NCBI GenBank assembly: GCA_964596775.1
Contig: CAZQVN010000007.1
Coordinates: 27,275 to 91,274, forward strand
Origin: an uncultured bacterium
GTDB taxonomy: Bacteria > Eisenbacteria > RBG-16-71-46 > JABDJR01 > JAWXBZ01
Direction of reading: 5' to 3'
DNA: 64,000 nt
The notes below the pieces were generated by a model, which was given only the letters and a program-made list of their open reading frames with translations, was not told where the DNA came from and searched no databases. Made by a program: the position numbers and the translations under genes. Positions 29,033-38,360 of this stretch are shown here, one piece after another. The first letter of the stretch is position 1. Every line of letters starts with the position of its first letter.

Positions 29033-30014
29033 CCCGGCCACCGGCCGGGTCGGAGCGATTCTTCGTCTGCGGGCTGCCGGCCGCCGTTTCGCGCTTCCGG
29101 CCTGTCTCGCCGTCGGACTTTTCCTCGCCCCCGCCGCGCGCGGCCAGGGGTGCTGCACTCCGGGATCGAGCCCGCTCGGCGGCCTGTCGGGGTCGCTTCC
29201 CGCCCCCGGCGACGTTCAACTCGGCGCGTGGATGGAGTCGTTTCATCTCGACCAGGCGTATCGCGGCCCGGAAAAGGTCACGGAGGTCAACAGGCGCGAG
29301 GGTCACGTGGCGCGGATCGCCGTGTTCGCCCGCATCGGCCTGCCGGCCGGCACGGCACTCCTCGTGGAGTGGCCCTACGAAATCCGCGGCCGCGACCAGG
29401 TCATCCGGACCGAGTCGCAGAACCTCGAGTTCGATTTCGACAACCGGGCGCCCGGCGACCTCTCCACGATGCTGCTCGTAACGGTCTGGCCGCGGAACGG
29501 CGTGTCCCCCTGGGGGCTGGAGGCCGGCGCCGGAATCAAGTGGGCCAACGGCTCCGTGGACCGCACCGATGACGGGCGCTTTCTTCCGGTGGAACTCCAG
29601 AGCGGCACCGGCTCCGTGGATCCGCTCCTGTCGCTCTCGGCGCGACGCGCCTGGGCAGAGTGGTCGATCCAGGCCGCGGCGATCACCCGGATCGCCACGA
29701 CGGGGCGCAACGAGTACCGGTTCGGCTCGGAGTGGAACGTGGTCACCGGCGTTCACTGGGCCGCCCACCGGAACGTGGCGCTGGGCGCCGATGCGCGGCT
29801 TCGTCACGCTGCCCCCGATGAAATCGGCGGACGCGTACCGCAGAACACGGGAGGCACGCGACTCTTGGCCGGGCCGCGGCTGACGGGCACGATCCGGCCC
29901 GTCCGGCTCCAGGCCTACGGCGCCCTGCTCCTGCCCGTCCGACAGGACCTGAAGGGGACGCAACTCGGTGTGAGCCGGCAGTTCCTCGTCGGGCTGACCT
30001 GGCCGGCGGGTTGA
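29022..30014 (+). CDS. Putative outer-membrane beta-barrel 'transporter' (MetA-pathway/SphA-like)
   Basis: Signal peptide then QGCC; amphipathic strands; LP.ELQSGTGS.D motif; ends FLVGLTWPAG. Confidence 0.6.
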   Translation: MTADPATGRVGAILRLRAAGRRFALPACLAVGLFLAPAARGQGCCTPGSSPLGGLSGSLPAPGDVQLGAWMESFHLDQAYRGPEKVTEVNRREGHVARIAVFARIGLPAGTALLVEWPYEIRGRDQVIRTESQNLEFDFDNRAPGDLSTMLLVTVWPRNGVSPWGLEAGAGIKWANGSVDRTDDGRFLPVELQSGTGSVDPLLSLSARRAWAEWSIQAAAITRIATTGRNEYRFGSEWNVVTGVHWAAHRNVALGADARLRHAAPDEIGGRVPQNTGGTRLLAGPRLTGTIRPVRLQAYGALLLPVRQDLKGTQLGVSRQFLVGLTWPAG

Positions 30015-30098
30015 TCCGGGGGACCGCGAAGCCACGCATGACTGTCGGCCCGGCTCACCCGGAACGGACGGGGCGGGCAACGGCTCGCGGGTAGACCC

Positions 30099-30959
30099 TC
30101 AGCCGAGTATGGCCACCAGGACTCCGGCCAGGATCAGGCCGACACCGGCCAGCCCGGATGCGTCCAGGCGCTCCCCCAGCCACACGGAAGCGATCATCCA
30201 GGCAAAGACCGGTTCCGCCGCGTAGATCAGCGCCGCGCGCGTGGCCGTGGTCCGGGCCTGGAACCGGGTGACGCCGATCAGCGTCACGACCGTGACCGGA
30301 ACGGTGACCGCCAGGCCGATCGTCAGGCCGGGATGCCAGTGAAACTCCCGCGCCGCCGCCGGAACCGCCAGCGCCGCGGCGCAGCCGGCCATGAACAACG
30401 CCTGGAACGCGATGTACGGCTCGCTGTCGCCGTTCACGGTGAACGCTTCCAGGTAGACGATGTAGAACGCGTAGGCGGCGGCAGTGCAGAGGGTCAGCGC
30501 GTCGCCGACCTCGAAATGGCCGAGATCGGGACGGGTCATCAGGAAAAGCCCGGACAGGCTCAGCAGCACCCCGGCCATGACGCGGAGGCCGGGAGTGCGG
30601 CGGCGGATGACCACGTAGATCATCGGTACGATCACGACGGACAGGCCGGTGAGAAACGCCGAGCGGGTGGCCGAGGTCGTCTCCAGGCCGAACGCCTGGA
30701 ACGCGTAGGACGCGAAGAGAAGGCCGCCGAGGACGGCCCCCCGCCCGCGGATCGCCGCGAGGCCGCGCACGGAGCGGCGACCGAGCAGCAGGAACAGGAG
30801 CGGAATCGTCAATCCGAACCGGAGCGCCATGAACACCATGGCGTCCGTTTCGGCCACCGCGGCCTTGATGGCCGGAAACGTGGCCCCCCAGCCGGCGGTG
30901 ACGAGAAGCAGAACAAGATCCGCGGTCCGGTGCCCCGAAGGGGGACCGCCACCCGTCAC
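30099..30959 (-). CDS. DMT/EamA family permease
   Basis: About ten TM helices; WGATF...K, TSATRSAFLTGL, AALIYAAEPVFA; GTGA overlap with nuoI. Confidence 0.92.
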   Translation of the reverse strand: MTGGGPPSGHRTADLVLLLVTAGWGATFPAIKAAVAETDAMVFMALRFGLTIPLLFLLLGRRSVRGLAAIRGRGAVLGGLLFASYAFQAFGLETTSATRSAFLTGLSVVIVPMIYVVIRRRTPGLRVMAGVLLSLSGLFLMTRPDLGHFEVGDALTLCTAAAYAFYIVYLEAFTVNGDSEPYIAFQALFMAGCAAALAVPAAAREFHWHPGLTIGLAVTVPVTVVTLIGVTRFQARTTATRAALIYAAEPVFAWMIASVWLGERLDASGLAGVGLILAGVLVAILG

Positions 30960-31414
30960 GACGCGCTGTAATCCTTGAGAAGAATGGACTTCGTGTAGAT
31001 GAGCGAGTCGAGCTTCGGGCCGTTCAGCTCGTACCGGGAGGACATCCGGATCGCATCCACCGGGCAGGCCTCCTCGCAGAAGCCGCAGTTGATGCAGCGC
31101 CCCATGTGGATCGAAAAACTGACCGGGTAGCGCTCCTTGGCGCGGTCCGTTTCATCGGCCTGCAGCTGGATGGCCAGCGGCGGGCAGACGACGGCGCACA
31201 GTCCGCAGGCCACGCAGCGCTCCGAACCGTCCGGGTTCGGCACAAGCTTCGGGTAGCCGCGGAACCGCGGCGGCATGGACCACTTTTCCTCCGGATACTT
31301 CATCGTCGACGGCTTCGTGAAGAATTCCTTCAGCGTGACGCCGTATCCCTTGACGATTTCCGGGAGGATGAAGCGCCCGCCGGGATCGGGCGCCTTCCGT
31401 GTCGGCTCGGCCAT
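30956..31414 (-). CDS. nuoI: NADH-quinone oxidoreductase subunit I
   Basis: YPEEK...RFRG; CVACGLCAVVCP and CINCGFCEEACPVDAI; start ATG 31414. Confidence 0.93.
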   Translation of the reverse strand: MAEPTRKAPDPGGRFILPEIVKGYGVTLKEFFTKPSTMKYPEEKWSMPPRFRGYPKLVPNPDGSERCVACGLCAVVCPPLAIQLQADETDRAKERYPVSFSIHMGRCINCGFCEEACPVDAIRMSSRYELNGPKLDSLIYTKSILLKDYSAS

Positions 31415-31416
31415 GA

Positions 31417-33423
31417 TCAGCCCTCCCCTTTTCCGGTGGACGACAGGGCCCACGCGGGATTCCACGCGCGGCCGTTCGGCCGCAGCAGGCCGTAGTTCAT
31501 CCCCTCGTAGCCGGCTCCCGCCCGCGACAGGTCGCGGAAGACGTCCACGGGAGATCCGGAGCGGACCTCGCCGCCCGCCAGCCGCTCGACGCGGGCCAGG
31601 AACTGCGCCGGGTGCCACACCCCTTCCGGCCCGGGCACTGCGCGGCGCAGCAGCAGCACACGGTGATCCGGCGCGGTGACGGTTCCGTCCACCTCGGCCA
31701 TCGACGGGGCCGGCAGGACCAGCCGCGCTTTCTCGTGATGCGGCGCGGGCAGGATGTCGAACGCCGTGATCCGGCCGGCCTTGCCGAGCGCGGCGGCCAC
31801 GTCCGGACTGAACGTCCAGGGACGGCCGGAATTGAACACGAGCACGCCGGCGATCGATCCGTCGGCGATCCCCTTGAGGATCCCCGCCCGGTCCCGCCCG
31901 GGAGCGGCGGCGGCGGCGTAGCCCGGCCCGAACGCCGGCGCGAAGCCGGCATCCCAGGCGCCGTTCGTGTTGCCGGCATCGTCGAGCACGAGAATCGTGA
32001 ACGAGGGATGGGCGGCCAGAAACTCCCGGGCCGCCTCGAGGCAGTTTTCGTTGCGGATGCCGGCGTTCAGAACGAGGACGCCGCGCTCCGCCTTCGCCAC
32101 CTCCGGCGCACCGGCCAGGCCGGCGAGGAACGCCGCTTCACCGTCCGCCGCGACGGCCGTCTTCCGGAACGCCTCGGCATCGAGTCCACCGGGCGCCGTG
32201 GTGCCGAGGAGCAGTCGCGCGCCGAGCGTGCGGACGGCCTTGCGGACCCGCAGCGACAGCACGGGGTGCGAGGCCTCCAGGTTGCCGCCGACCTGGACGA
32301 TCAGGTCGGCCCGGTCGAGCCCGGCCACGGCCGGCAGCATCCTCCCGGACTTGAGCAGGGCCACGCGTGCCGGCGACAGTTCCGGGCCGCCGATCCCCGT
32401 ATCCAGCAGGAGATCGGACGTCCTGAGAACGCCGCGGGCAAAGCGCTGCAGTGCGAAGTATTCCTCGTTCGTGGAATGCGGAGCTGCGATCACCGCCCAG
32501 GATCCCTTGTCGTCCCTGATCGCGGATGCGAAATCGTGGGCCGCTTCCTCCCACGAGGCGGAACCGTCCGCCGCCGTCGAGCCCTTGAGGCGCGGCATGG
32601 AAAGCCGGGCCGCGTCGTTGACGAAATTGATGTCGAACCGCCCGCGGTCGCACAGCCAGTAGTCGTTGACGTCCGTGTTCGGCCGCGCGGTCATCCTCTG
32701 CATCACGCCGCGCTTCGACCAGAGCGTGTTGCTGCAGCCAAGCGAACAGGCCGTGCAGGTGGATTCCACGGCCGTCATTTCCCAGGGCCGGCTCTTGAAA
32801 CGGAACTCCCGCGTCGTCAGCGAACCGACCGGGCACACATCGGCGAGGTTGCCTGAAAACGGATCGGTGAGCTCCTGCCCGTGCGGCACGTCGATTTCCG
32901 TCTTGACGCCGCGGTTGACGAGCATCAGCTGGTCGGAGCCGGAGATGTCCTGGGTGAACCGGGTGCAGCGCCAGCAGAGAATGCAGCGCTCCGCGTCGAA
33001 GACGATGTGCTCGCCGAGCACCTTCCGCTTCGGCCGGTTGACCTTCGGATCGCGGAGCCGGCTGCCGCCGTTGCGCATGTTGTAGGTGACGTCCTGGAGC
33101 GGGCACTCGCCCCCCTTGTCGCAGATCGGGCAGTCAAGGGGATGGTTGAGCAGCCAGAACTCCACGGTCCCCGACCTGGCCTTCCTTGCCGCGGGGGTTT
33201 CGGTGTACACCTCCATCCCTTCGCGGACGGGCGTGGAGCAGGCGGTCTGGAGCTTCGGCATCCCCTTGACTTCCACCTGGCAGATGCGGCACACGGCCAC
33301 GACCTTCATGCCCGGGTGATAGCACATGTAGGGGAGGTCGATGCCGTGCTTGAGCGCCGCCTCCAGAACCGTGGCGCTGGCCGGAACCTCGAGTTCCTGG
33401 TCGTTGATCTTGATCTTCACCAT
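31417..33423 (-). CDS. nuoG: NADH-quinone oxidoreductase subunit G
   Basis: CYH...CRIC...C (N1b), HPLDCPICDKGGEC (N5), CILCWRC...CPVG (N4), CTACSLGC...LCDRGR (N7). Confidence 0.92.
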   Translation of the reverse strand: MVKIKINDQELEVPASATVLEAALKHGIDLPYMCYHPGMKVVAVCRICQVEVKGMPKLQTACSTPVREGMEVYTETPAARKARSGTVEFWLLNHPLDCPICDKGGECPLQDVTYNMRNGGSRLRDPKVNRPKRKVLGEHIVFDAERCILCWRCTRFTQDISGSDQLMLVNRGVKTEIDVPHGQELTDPFSGNLADVCPVGSLTTREFRFKSRPWEMTAVESTCTACSLGCSNTLWSKRGVMQRMTARPNTDVNDYWLCDRGRFDINFVNDAARLSMPRLKGSTAADGSASWEEAAHDFASAIRDDKGSWAVIAAPHSTNEEYFALQRFARGVLRTSDLLLDTGIGGPELSPARVALLKSGRMLPAVAGLDRADLIVQVGGNLEASHPVLSLRVRKAVRTLGARLLLGTTAPGGLDAEAFRKTAVAADGEAAFLAGLAGAPEVAKAERGVLVLNAGIRNENCLEAAREFLAAHPSFTILVLDDAGNTNGAWDAGFAPAFGPGYAAAAAPGRDRAGILKGIADGSIAGVLVFNSGRPWTFSPDVAAALGKAGRITAFDILPAPHHEKARLVLPAPSMAEVDGTVTAPDHRVLLLRRAVPGPEGVWHPAQFLARVERLAGGEVRSGSPVDVFRDLSRAGAGYEGMNYGLLRPNGRAWNPAWALSSTGKGEG

Positions 33424-33436
33424 GTAGGCATGAACC

Positions 33437-34633
33437 TCAGCGGTCGATTTCGCCGAGAACGATGTCCAGGCTGCCGATCACCGCGATCACGTCGGCGATG
33501 AGGCGCCCTTCCACCATCCGCGGCAGGGATTGCAGGTTGATAAAGGACGGCGAGCGGATCTGCAGCCGGTACGGAAGATGCGTGCCGTCGCCGATGATGA
33601 AGAAACCGAGCTCTCCCTTCGGATTCTCGATCGCCGAGTAGATCTCCCCTTTCGGGGCCTTGACCCCCTCGCAGGCGAACTTGAAATGGTAGATCAGCTC
33701 CTCCATCGAGGAGTACACGCGGTCCTTCGGCGGATAGGAAATCCGGGGATCGTCCACATTGACCGGTCCGGACGGAATCTTCTGCACGATCTGCTTCAGG
33801 ATGGTCAGGCTCTCGCGCATTTCCTGGATGCGGACCCAGTAGCGGTCGTACACATCCCCCGCCGTGGACGTGACCACGTTGAAGTCGAGCTCGGGATAGA
33901 CGAGATACGGCCGGTCGCGGCGGACATCCCACTGGACGCCGGACGCGCGGAGCGCCGGGCCGGTCAGTCCCATGTCGATGGCTTCGGAGGCGGAAATCAC
34001 GCCGATGTCGCGGGTGCGCTTGATCCAGATCCGGTTCTTGGAGAGCAGGCGCTCGTAGTCGTCGATCTTCGGCCCCATCGCGTCGACGAAGCGGTCGACC
34101 ATCGGCAGGAATCCTTCCGGAAGGTCGGCCATGACGCCGCCGATCCGGGTGAACGACGTGGTCATCCGCGCGCCGGTCAGCCTCTCGTAGAGGTTGTAGA
34201 TCTCCTCGCGCTCGCGGAACGTGTAGAAGAACATCGACATGGCGCCGACGTCGAGGGCCCAGGTGCCCACTCCGAGAAGATGCGCGGACACGCGGGCCAG
34301 CTCCGCGCAGAGAACGCGGATCCACTGCGCGCGCGGCGGCGGGGTGATTCCGAGAAGCTTCTCGACGGCCTGGATGTAGGCCACGTTGTTCGACAGCGGC
34401 GCCAGGTAGTCGAGGCGGTCGGTGTACGGAATGAACTGGTGGAATGTCTTGGCCTCGGCGATCTTCTCGTAGCCGCGGTGGAGATAGCCCATGACCGGCG
34501 TGGCCTTGACCACGATCTCGCCGTCGAGTTCGAGGATGATCCGGAGCACGCCATGGGTGGACGGGTGCTGCGGCCCCATGTTGACCGTCATGGTCTGCTG
34601 GCGGGCGCCCTGCGCGGGGGTGGCGATGCTCAC
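33437..34633 (-). CDS. nuoD: NADH-quinone oxidoreductase subunit D
   Basis: NMGPQHPSTHGVLR, GYLHRG.EK, DRLDY, ENPKGE, DIVLGEIDR; no NiFe CxxC motifs. Confidence 0.95.
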   Translation of the reverse strand: MSIATPAQGARQQTMTVNMGPQHPSTHGVLRIILELDGEIVVKATPVMGYLHRGYEKIAEAKTFHQFIPYTDRLDYLAPLSNNVAYIQAVEKLLGITPPPRAQWIRVLCAELARVSAHLLGVGTWALDVGAMSMFFYTFREREEIYNLYERLTGARMTTSFTRIGGVMADLPEGFLPMVDRFVDAMGPKIDDYERLLSKNRIWIKRTRDIGVISASEAIDMGLTGPALRASGVQWDVRRDRPYLVYPELDFNVVTSTAGDVYDRYWVRIQEMRESLTILKQIVQKIPSGPVNVDDPRISYPPKDRVYSSMEELIYHFKFACEGVKAPKGEIYSAIENPKGELGFFIIGDGTHLPYRLQIRSPSFINLQSLPRMVEGRLIADVIAVIGSLDIVLGEIDR

Positions 34634-34634
34634 G

Positions 34635-35303
34635 TCACTGACCGGGGGTTTCCGACTGGGTGATGGAGCGCGGGCCGGTCAGCGTCGGCCGCTCCTTGGG
34701 TCGGGGGCCGGGAGCCTGGGCGTGCAGGCGCGCGAGCTTGTCGTAGAACAGCTGGTCCAGCGACCACTCCGCTTCCGTCACCTGGCGCTCGTCGTGATGA
34801 ACGTTCCCCTCCTTGATCAGCTTCTGCACATGCTGGAGCGCGGAGAGCAGATTTTCCGGGCGGGGCGGGCAACCGGGAACGTACACGTCGACCGGAACGA
34901 TTTCCTGGAGCCCCTGCACGACGGCGTAGGTGTGGTACATGCCGCCGGTGCACAGGCAGGTGCCCATGGCGATCACCCACTTCGGCTCCGGCATCTGGTC
35001 GTAGATGCGCCGGACGACCGGCGCCATCTTTTTCGTCAGCGTGCCGGCGGTGATCATCAGGTCCGCCTGGCGCGGCGAAAACCGGAGCACCTCGGAGCCG
35101 AACCGGCCCATGTCGTAGCGGGCGGCCGCAGTGGCCATCATCTCGATGGCGCAGCAGGAGATGCCCATCGGCATCGGCCAGAGCGAATTGCGCCGGGCCC
35201 AGTTCAGGGCGAAGTCCAGCTTCGTCACCAGGACGCGGCTGAGAACTTCCTTTTCGAGATCTTCCGGATTCTGTTCCGGCGTATTGTCCAGCGTGTATTT
35301 CAT
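34635..35303 (-). CDS. nuoB: NADH-quinone oxidoreductase subunit B
   Basis: [41 protein letters not shown]. Confidence 0.95.
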   Translation of the reverse strand: MKYTLDNTPEQNPEDLEKEVLSRVLVTKLDFALNWARRNSLWPMPMGISCCAIEMMATAAARYDMGRFGSEVLRFSPRQADLMITAGTLTKKMAPVVRRIYDQMPEPKWVIAMGTCLCTGGMYHTYAVVQGLQEIVPVDVYVPGCPPRPENLLSALQHVQKLIKEGNVHHDERQVTEAEWSLDQLFYDKLARLHAQAPGPRPKERPTLTGPRSITQSETPGQ

Positions 35304-35310
35304 GCGGCCG

Positions 35311-35339
35311 AGTATAGAAATTTGTGAAAAAAAGTACAA
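35311..35339 (-). promoter_or_regulatory. sigma70 promoter 7 nt before the nuoB ATG (probable leaderless start)
   Basis: TTGTAC-17 nt-TATACT-cggccgc-ATG. Confidence 0.65.
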
Positions 35340-35367
35340 GCAAGGAAGAGTTCGGCTTGCGGCGGCT

Positions 35368-35925
35368 TCAGCCGGCCCGGATCCAGGCCCTGAACCCGAC
35401 CAGCGCCAGCAGCCCGAGGATCGTCCGAAGGGTCGGCCACTCCTGCGTCAGCGCGGTTGCCGTGACCACCGGGCCCCTGACCCCGGCGTTCCGCCCATCG
35501 CGGAAGGACCGCCAGGCCGCCCCCCACTCCTCTTCGAGAAAGAGATCCTCGCGACGGGTGAACAACCCGTACTGAATCAGGAACAGGGCCCCGAACAGGA
35601 GCGGAAACCAGGGAAGAAACGCGCGTGACGCCACGAGAAACCCGGCACAGAGGAGCAGGTTGCCGGCATACAGGGGATGGCGCAGCAGCGCGTAGGGGCC
35701 GGACGTGACCAGAACCGGAGCGCGCAGCGACCGTCCGCGCGAGTGCGCGCCGATGTGGGACACCGCCCACACGCGGAGAGCCTCGCCGGCGAGGATCAGC
35801 CCTGCTCCGAGCAGGAAGGACAGCGTGGACGGTCGCGCTCCCCAGACGAGCAGGACGGCAAACGGAACCGCGGTGACCCCGCGGTTCCGGAACAGCCACC
35901 CGCCGAGCCGGGCAACGAACGTCAG
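35368..35925 (-). CDS. Isoprenylcysteine carboxyl methyltransferase / PEMT family membrane protein (start uncertain, possibly CTG)
   Basis: [31 protein letters not shown]; no ATG/GTG/TTG near the expected N-terminus. Confidence 0.8.
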   Translation of the reverse strand: MTFVARLGGWLFRNRGVTAVPFAVLLVWGARPSTLSFLLGAGLILAGEALRVWAVSHIGAHSRGRSLRAPVLVTSGPYALLRHPLYAGNLLLCAGFLVASRAFLPWFPLLFGALFLIQYGLFTRREDLFLEEEWGAAWRSFRDGRNAGVRGPVVTATALTQEWPTLRTILGLLALVGFRAWIRAG

Positions 35926-38276
35926 GGGGCGACCGTCGTGCCGGTTCTGAGGATCTTGAGGGTTCGGACGTGCCCTCCGCCCGACAGGCGGACGAAGTAG
36001 AGGCCGGGCGGTGCGGCGCTTCCGTTGGCGAAGGTGCCGTCCCAGGCGGCGTGCCCGCCCGCGTCCGAGCGGAGTTCCCGCACGAAGCGGCCCGCCGCAT
36101 CGAGGATCCGAGCCGTGAACGCCGCCGCTTCCGTTCCGGGAACATGCGTGAAGATGATCGAGCCTCCGAACGGGTTCGGGCTCGCGAACCAGTCCGCCGG
36201 CAGCGGCACGGGCGGTGCCGCGCTCCGCACGGTGAAGTTCGCCGGCCCCGCGGTGGACACGATGCCGAGATCGTCGATGAGATCCACCGTCCATGTGTAG
36301 TTCCCCGGAGCCAGGTTCAACAACAGGTTCGGGCCGGGGGACTCGTGCACGAGCGGCCCCGACGCTTCAGGATCGCCGGAGTCCAGCCGGACGATGAATC
36401 GCCCCGCGGGTCCGGGCCGCGGATCTTCCCACGAAAGCCGGACCGCGGCGAGTCCGCCGGCCGGATCCGTATCGTCCACGACGGCATCCGCCTGGGCGAA
36501 GGACACCGGCGGCAGGACCCGGATCCTCCTGCGGACGGGAACCCGCTCCGCCGTGCGCACGGCCCCGCTCCGCCAGACGATGGTCACCCGGTCGACCGTT
36601 TCGCTCTCTCCCAGCCCGAACCACGCCTCGAGCGGGGCCATGGAACAGAATCCGGCGCCGGCGAGGATCTCGCGAAATGTCGTGTGCCCCCCCGCCTCGA
36701 CGGACACGCAGGCACCGACCGCATCCTTGTTGCCGTTCTCCCCCCGGGGCACGAAGACAACCCAGGCGTTGTTGTTCCCCGAGTTTTCGAACAGCAGCGT
36801 CGGCGAGAGGCCGGACAGTTCCATCGCCCCGGAGGGCACGATGATGTCCAGGTCGCCGTCGTTGTCGGCGTCGGCCGCGGTCATTCCGTGCCCGGCCCCC
36901 TTGTTCACGAGACCCATCGCCCGGCTGACTTCCGCGAACGTTCCGTTTCCGAGATTGCGGTACACCTTGTCCGATTCGACCCGCTGCTCCTCCGGTCCGC
37001 CGCGGGCCACGTAGAGATCGATCCAGCCGTCGTTGTCGAAATCCATGAACGCGGACCCCATCGGCCCCCCCATCGAGGCCACGCCGGCCGCGGCGCCGAT
37101 CTCGGTGAACACCCCGCCCCCCTCGTTGCGGAAGAGCCGGTCGGGATATCCCGGGAAGTAGGCGTGCGTTCCGTAGTTGAACGTCCCGACGAACAGGTCG
37201 AGGTCGTTGTCGCGGTCGAAATCCCCCGCGGAGGCCGGAAAGCCGCCTTCGAAGTCCGCGAGACCCGATTCTTCCGACACGTTCACGAACGTGCCGTCGC
37301 CGTTGTTCAGGAACAGGCGGTTGCCGTATTCGACGAACTCGTCCGGATCCTCCTCCGCGGCCGGTTCCACGTGACAGCGGCAGTCCACGCAGCGGCATTC
37401 ACCGTCCGGGCACGAGCAGGCACCGTGGTGACCGGCCGGGTCGCCGGTTTCGGGGGTCGATCCATCCTCGCCGGACCCCGGACCGGCATTGAACGGAACG
37501 GGACCGGTGATCGCCCCGCCGTGCATGGCGTGCGGCGATGTCGCGGCGATCGTGGAGTGCCGGTTCGTGAAGAAGAGGTCCGGATCCCCGTCCTGGTCCG
37601 CGTCGAAGAACAGCGCCTGCTGCGAGAACGCCCAGGTCCGCACGCCGGCCCTGTCGGTGACGTCCTCGAAGTTCAGCGCTCCGCGGTTCAGAAAGAGCCG
37701 GTTGTCCCCCTTCGTGTATCCGTCGATGACCCGGCAGATGAACACGTCGAGGAATCCGTCGTTGTCGACGTCGCACCACGACGAGGAAAAATTCATGCCG
37801 GTGAGGGCGAGTCCGGCGGCGCCGGGGACCTCGGTGAAGTAGCCCCTGCCGTCGTTCAGGAGGAGCCGGTTCGCCTGGGGGATCGCCGGAACGCGCGACT
37901 GGTAGCCGCCGCAGGTGAGAAACAGGTCGGAGTCGCCGTCGTTGTCCACGTCGACGAACGCCACGCCGAACGGAGAGTCGAGCTCGGGAATCCCGCGTTC
38001 CGCGGTGACCTCCTCGAACTTCAGGCCGCCGCGGTTGACGTACAGGTGGAATCCCCCCTCCTGCAGCGCCACCCCGAGATCGGAACGGCCGTCGCCGTCG
38101 ATGTCCGCCCAGGCGCTGCCCCTTCCCCGCCCGATGAGCCGGACGCCGGCTTCGCCGCTGATTTCGACGAACGGAGCGGCAAGGGAAGGCCCCGGTGACG
38201 CCGTCGACGTCGCGTCACCGGGGTGGATCAGGAACGCTCCGCACACGAGTGCGCGAAGCAGTCCACGATGCTTCAC
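35922..38276 (-). CDS. CRTAC1-like FG-GAP/ASPIC-UnbV secreted protein with Cys-rich insert and FlgD-Ig C-terminus
   Basis: D.D.DG..D repeats, ASPIC/UnbV FGLG motif, SPNPF...WDG...GLYF; start placed at GTG 38276. Confidence 0.85.
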   Translation of the reverse strand: MKHRGLLRALVCGAFLIHPGDATSTASPGPSLAAPFVEISGEAGVRLIGRGRGSAWADIDGDGRSDLGVALQEGGFHLYVNRGGLKFEEVTAERGIPELDSPFGVAFVDVDNDGDSDLFLTCGGYQSRVPAIPQANRLLLNDGRGYFTEVPGAAGLALTGMNFSSSWCDVDNDGFLDVFICRVIDGYTKGDNRLFLNRGALNFEDVTDRAGVRTWAFSQQALFFDADQDGDPDLFFTNRHSTIAATSPHAMHGGAITGPVPFNAGPGSGEDGSTPETGDPAGHHGACSCPDGECRCVDCRCHVEPAAEEDPDEFVEYGNRLFLNNGDGTFVNVSEESGLADFEGGFPASAGDFDRDNDLDLFVGTFNYGTHAYFPGYPDRLFRNEGGGVFTEIGAAAGVASMGGPMGSAFMDFDNDGWIDLYVARGGPEEQRVESDKVYRNLGNGTFAEVSRAMGLVNKGAGHGMTAADADNDGDLDIIVPSGAMELSGLSPTLLFENSGNNNAWVVFVPRGENGNKDAVGACVSVEAGGHTTFREILAGAGFCSMAPLEAWFGLGESETVDRVTIVWRSGAVRTAERVPVRRRIRVLPPVSFAQADAVVDDTDPAGGLAAVRLSWEDPRPGPAGRFIVRLDSGDPEASGPLVHESPGPNLLLNLAPGNYTWTVDLIDDLGIVSTAGPANFTVRSAAPPVPLPADWFASPNPFGGSIIFTHVPGTEAAAFTARILDAAGRFVRELRSDAGGHAAWDGTFANGSAAPPGLYFVRLSGGGHVRTLKILRTGTTVAP

Positions 38277-38360
38277 TGGAAACCTCCAGGTTTCCGGCTC
38301 GGGGAAGCCCGAAGCCTCGTCCACATTACGGCCGCGGCACCAGGCCGGACCGGTCCGTTC

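Noticed and set aside
33437-35303. Possible group 4 [NiFe]-hydrogenase
   Set aside because: The large subunit lacks both CxxC Ni-binding motifs and carries NuoD quinone-site motifs.
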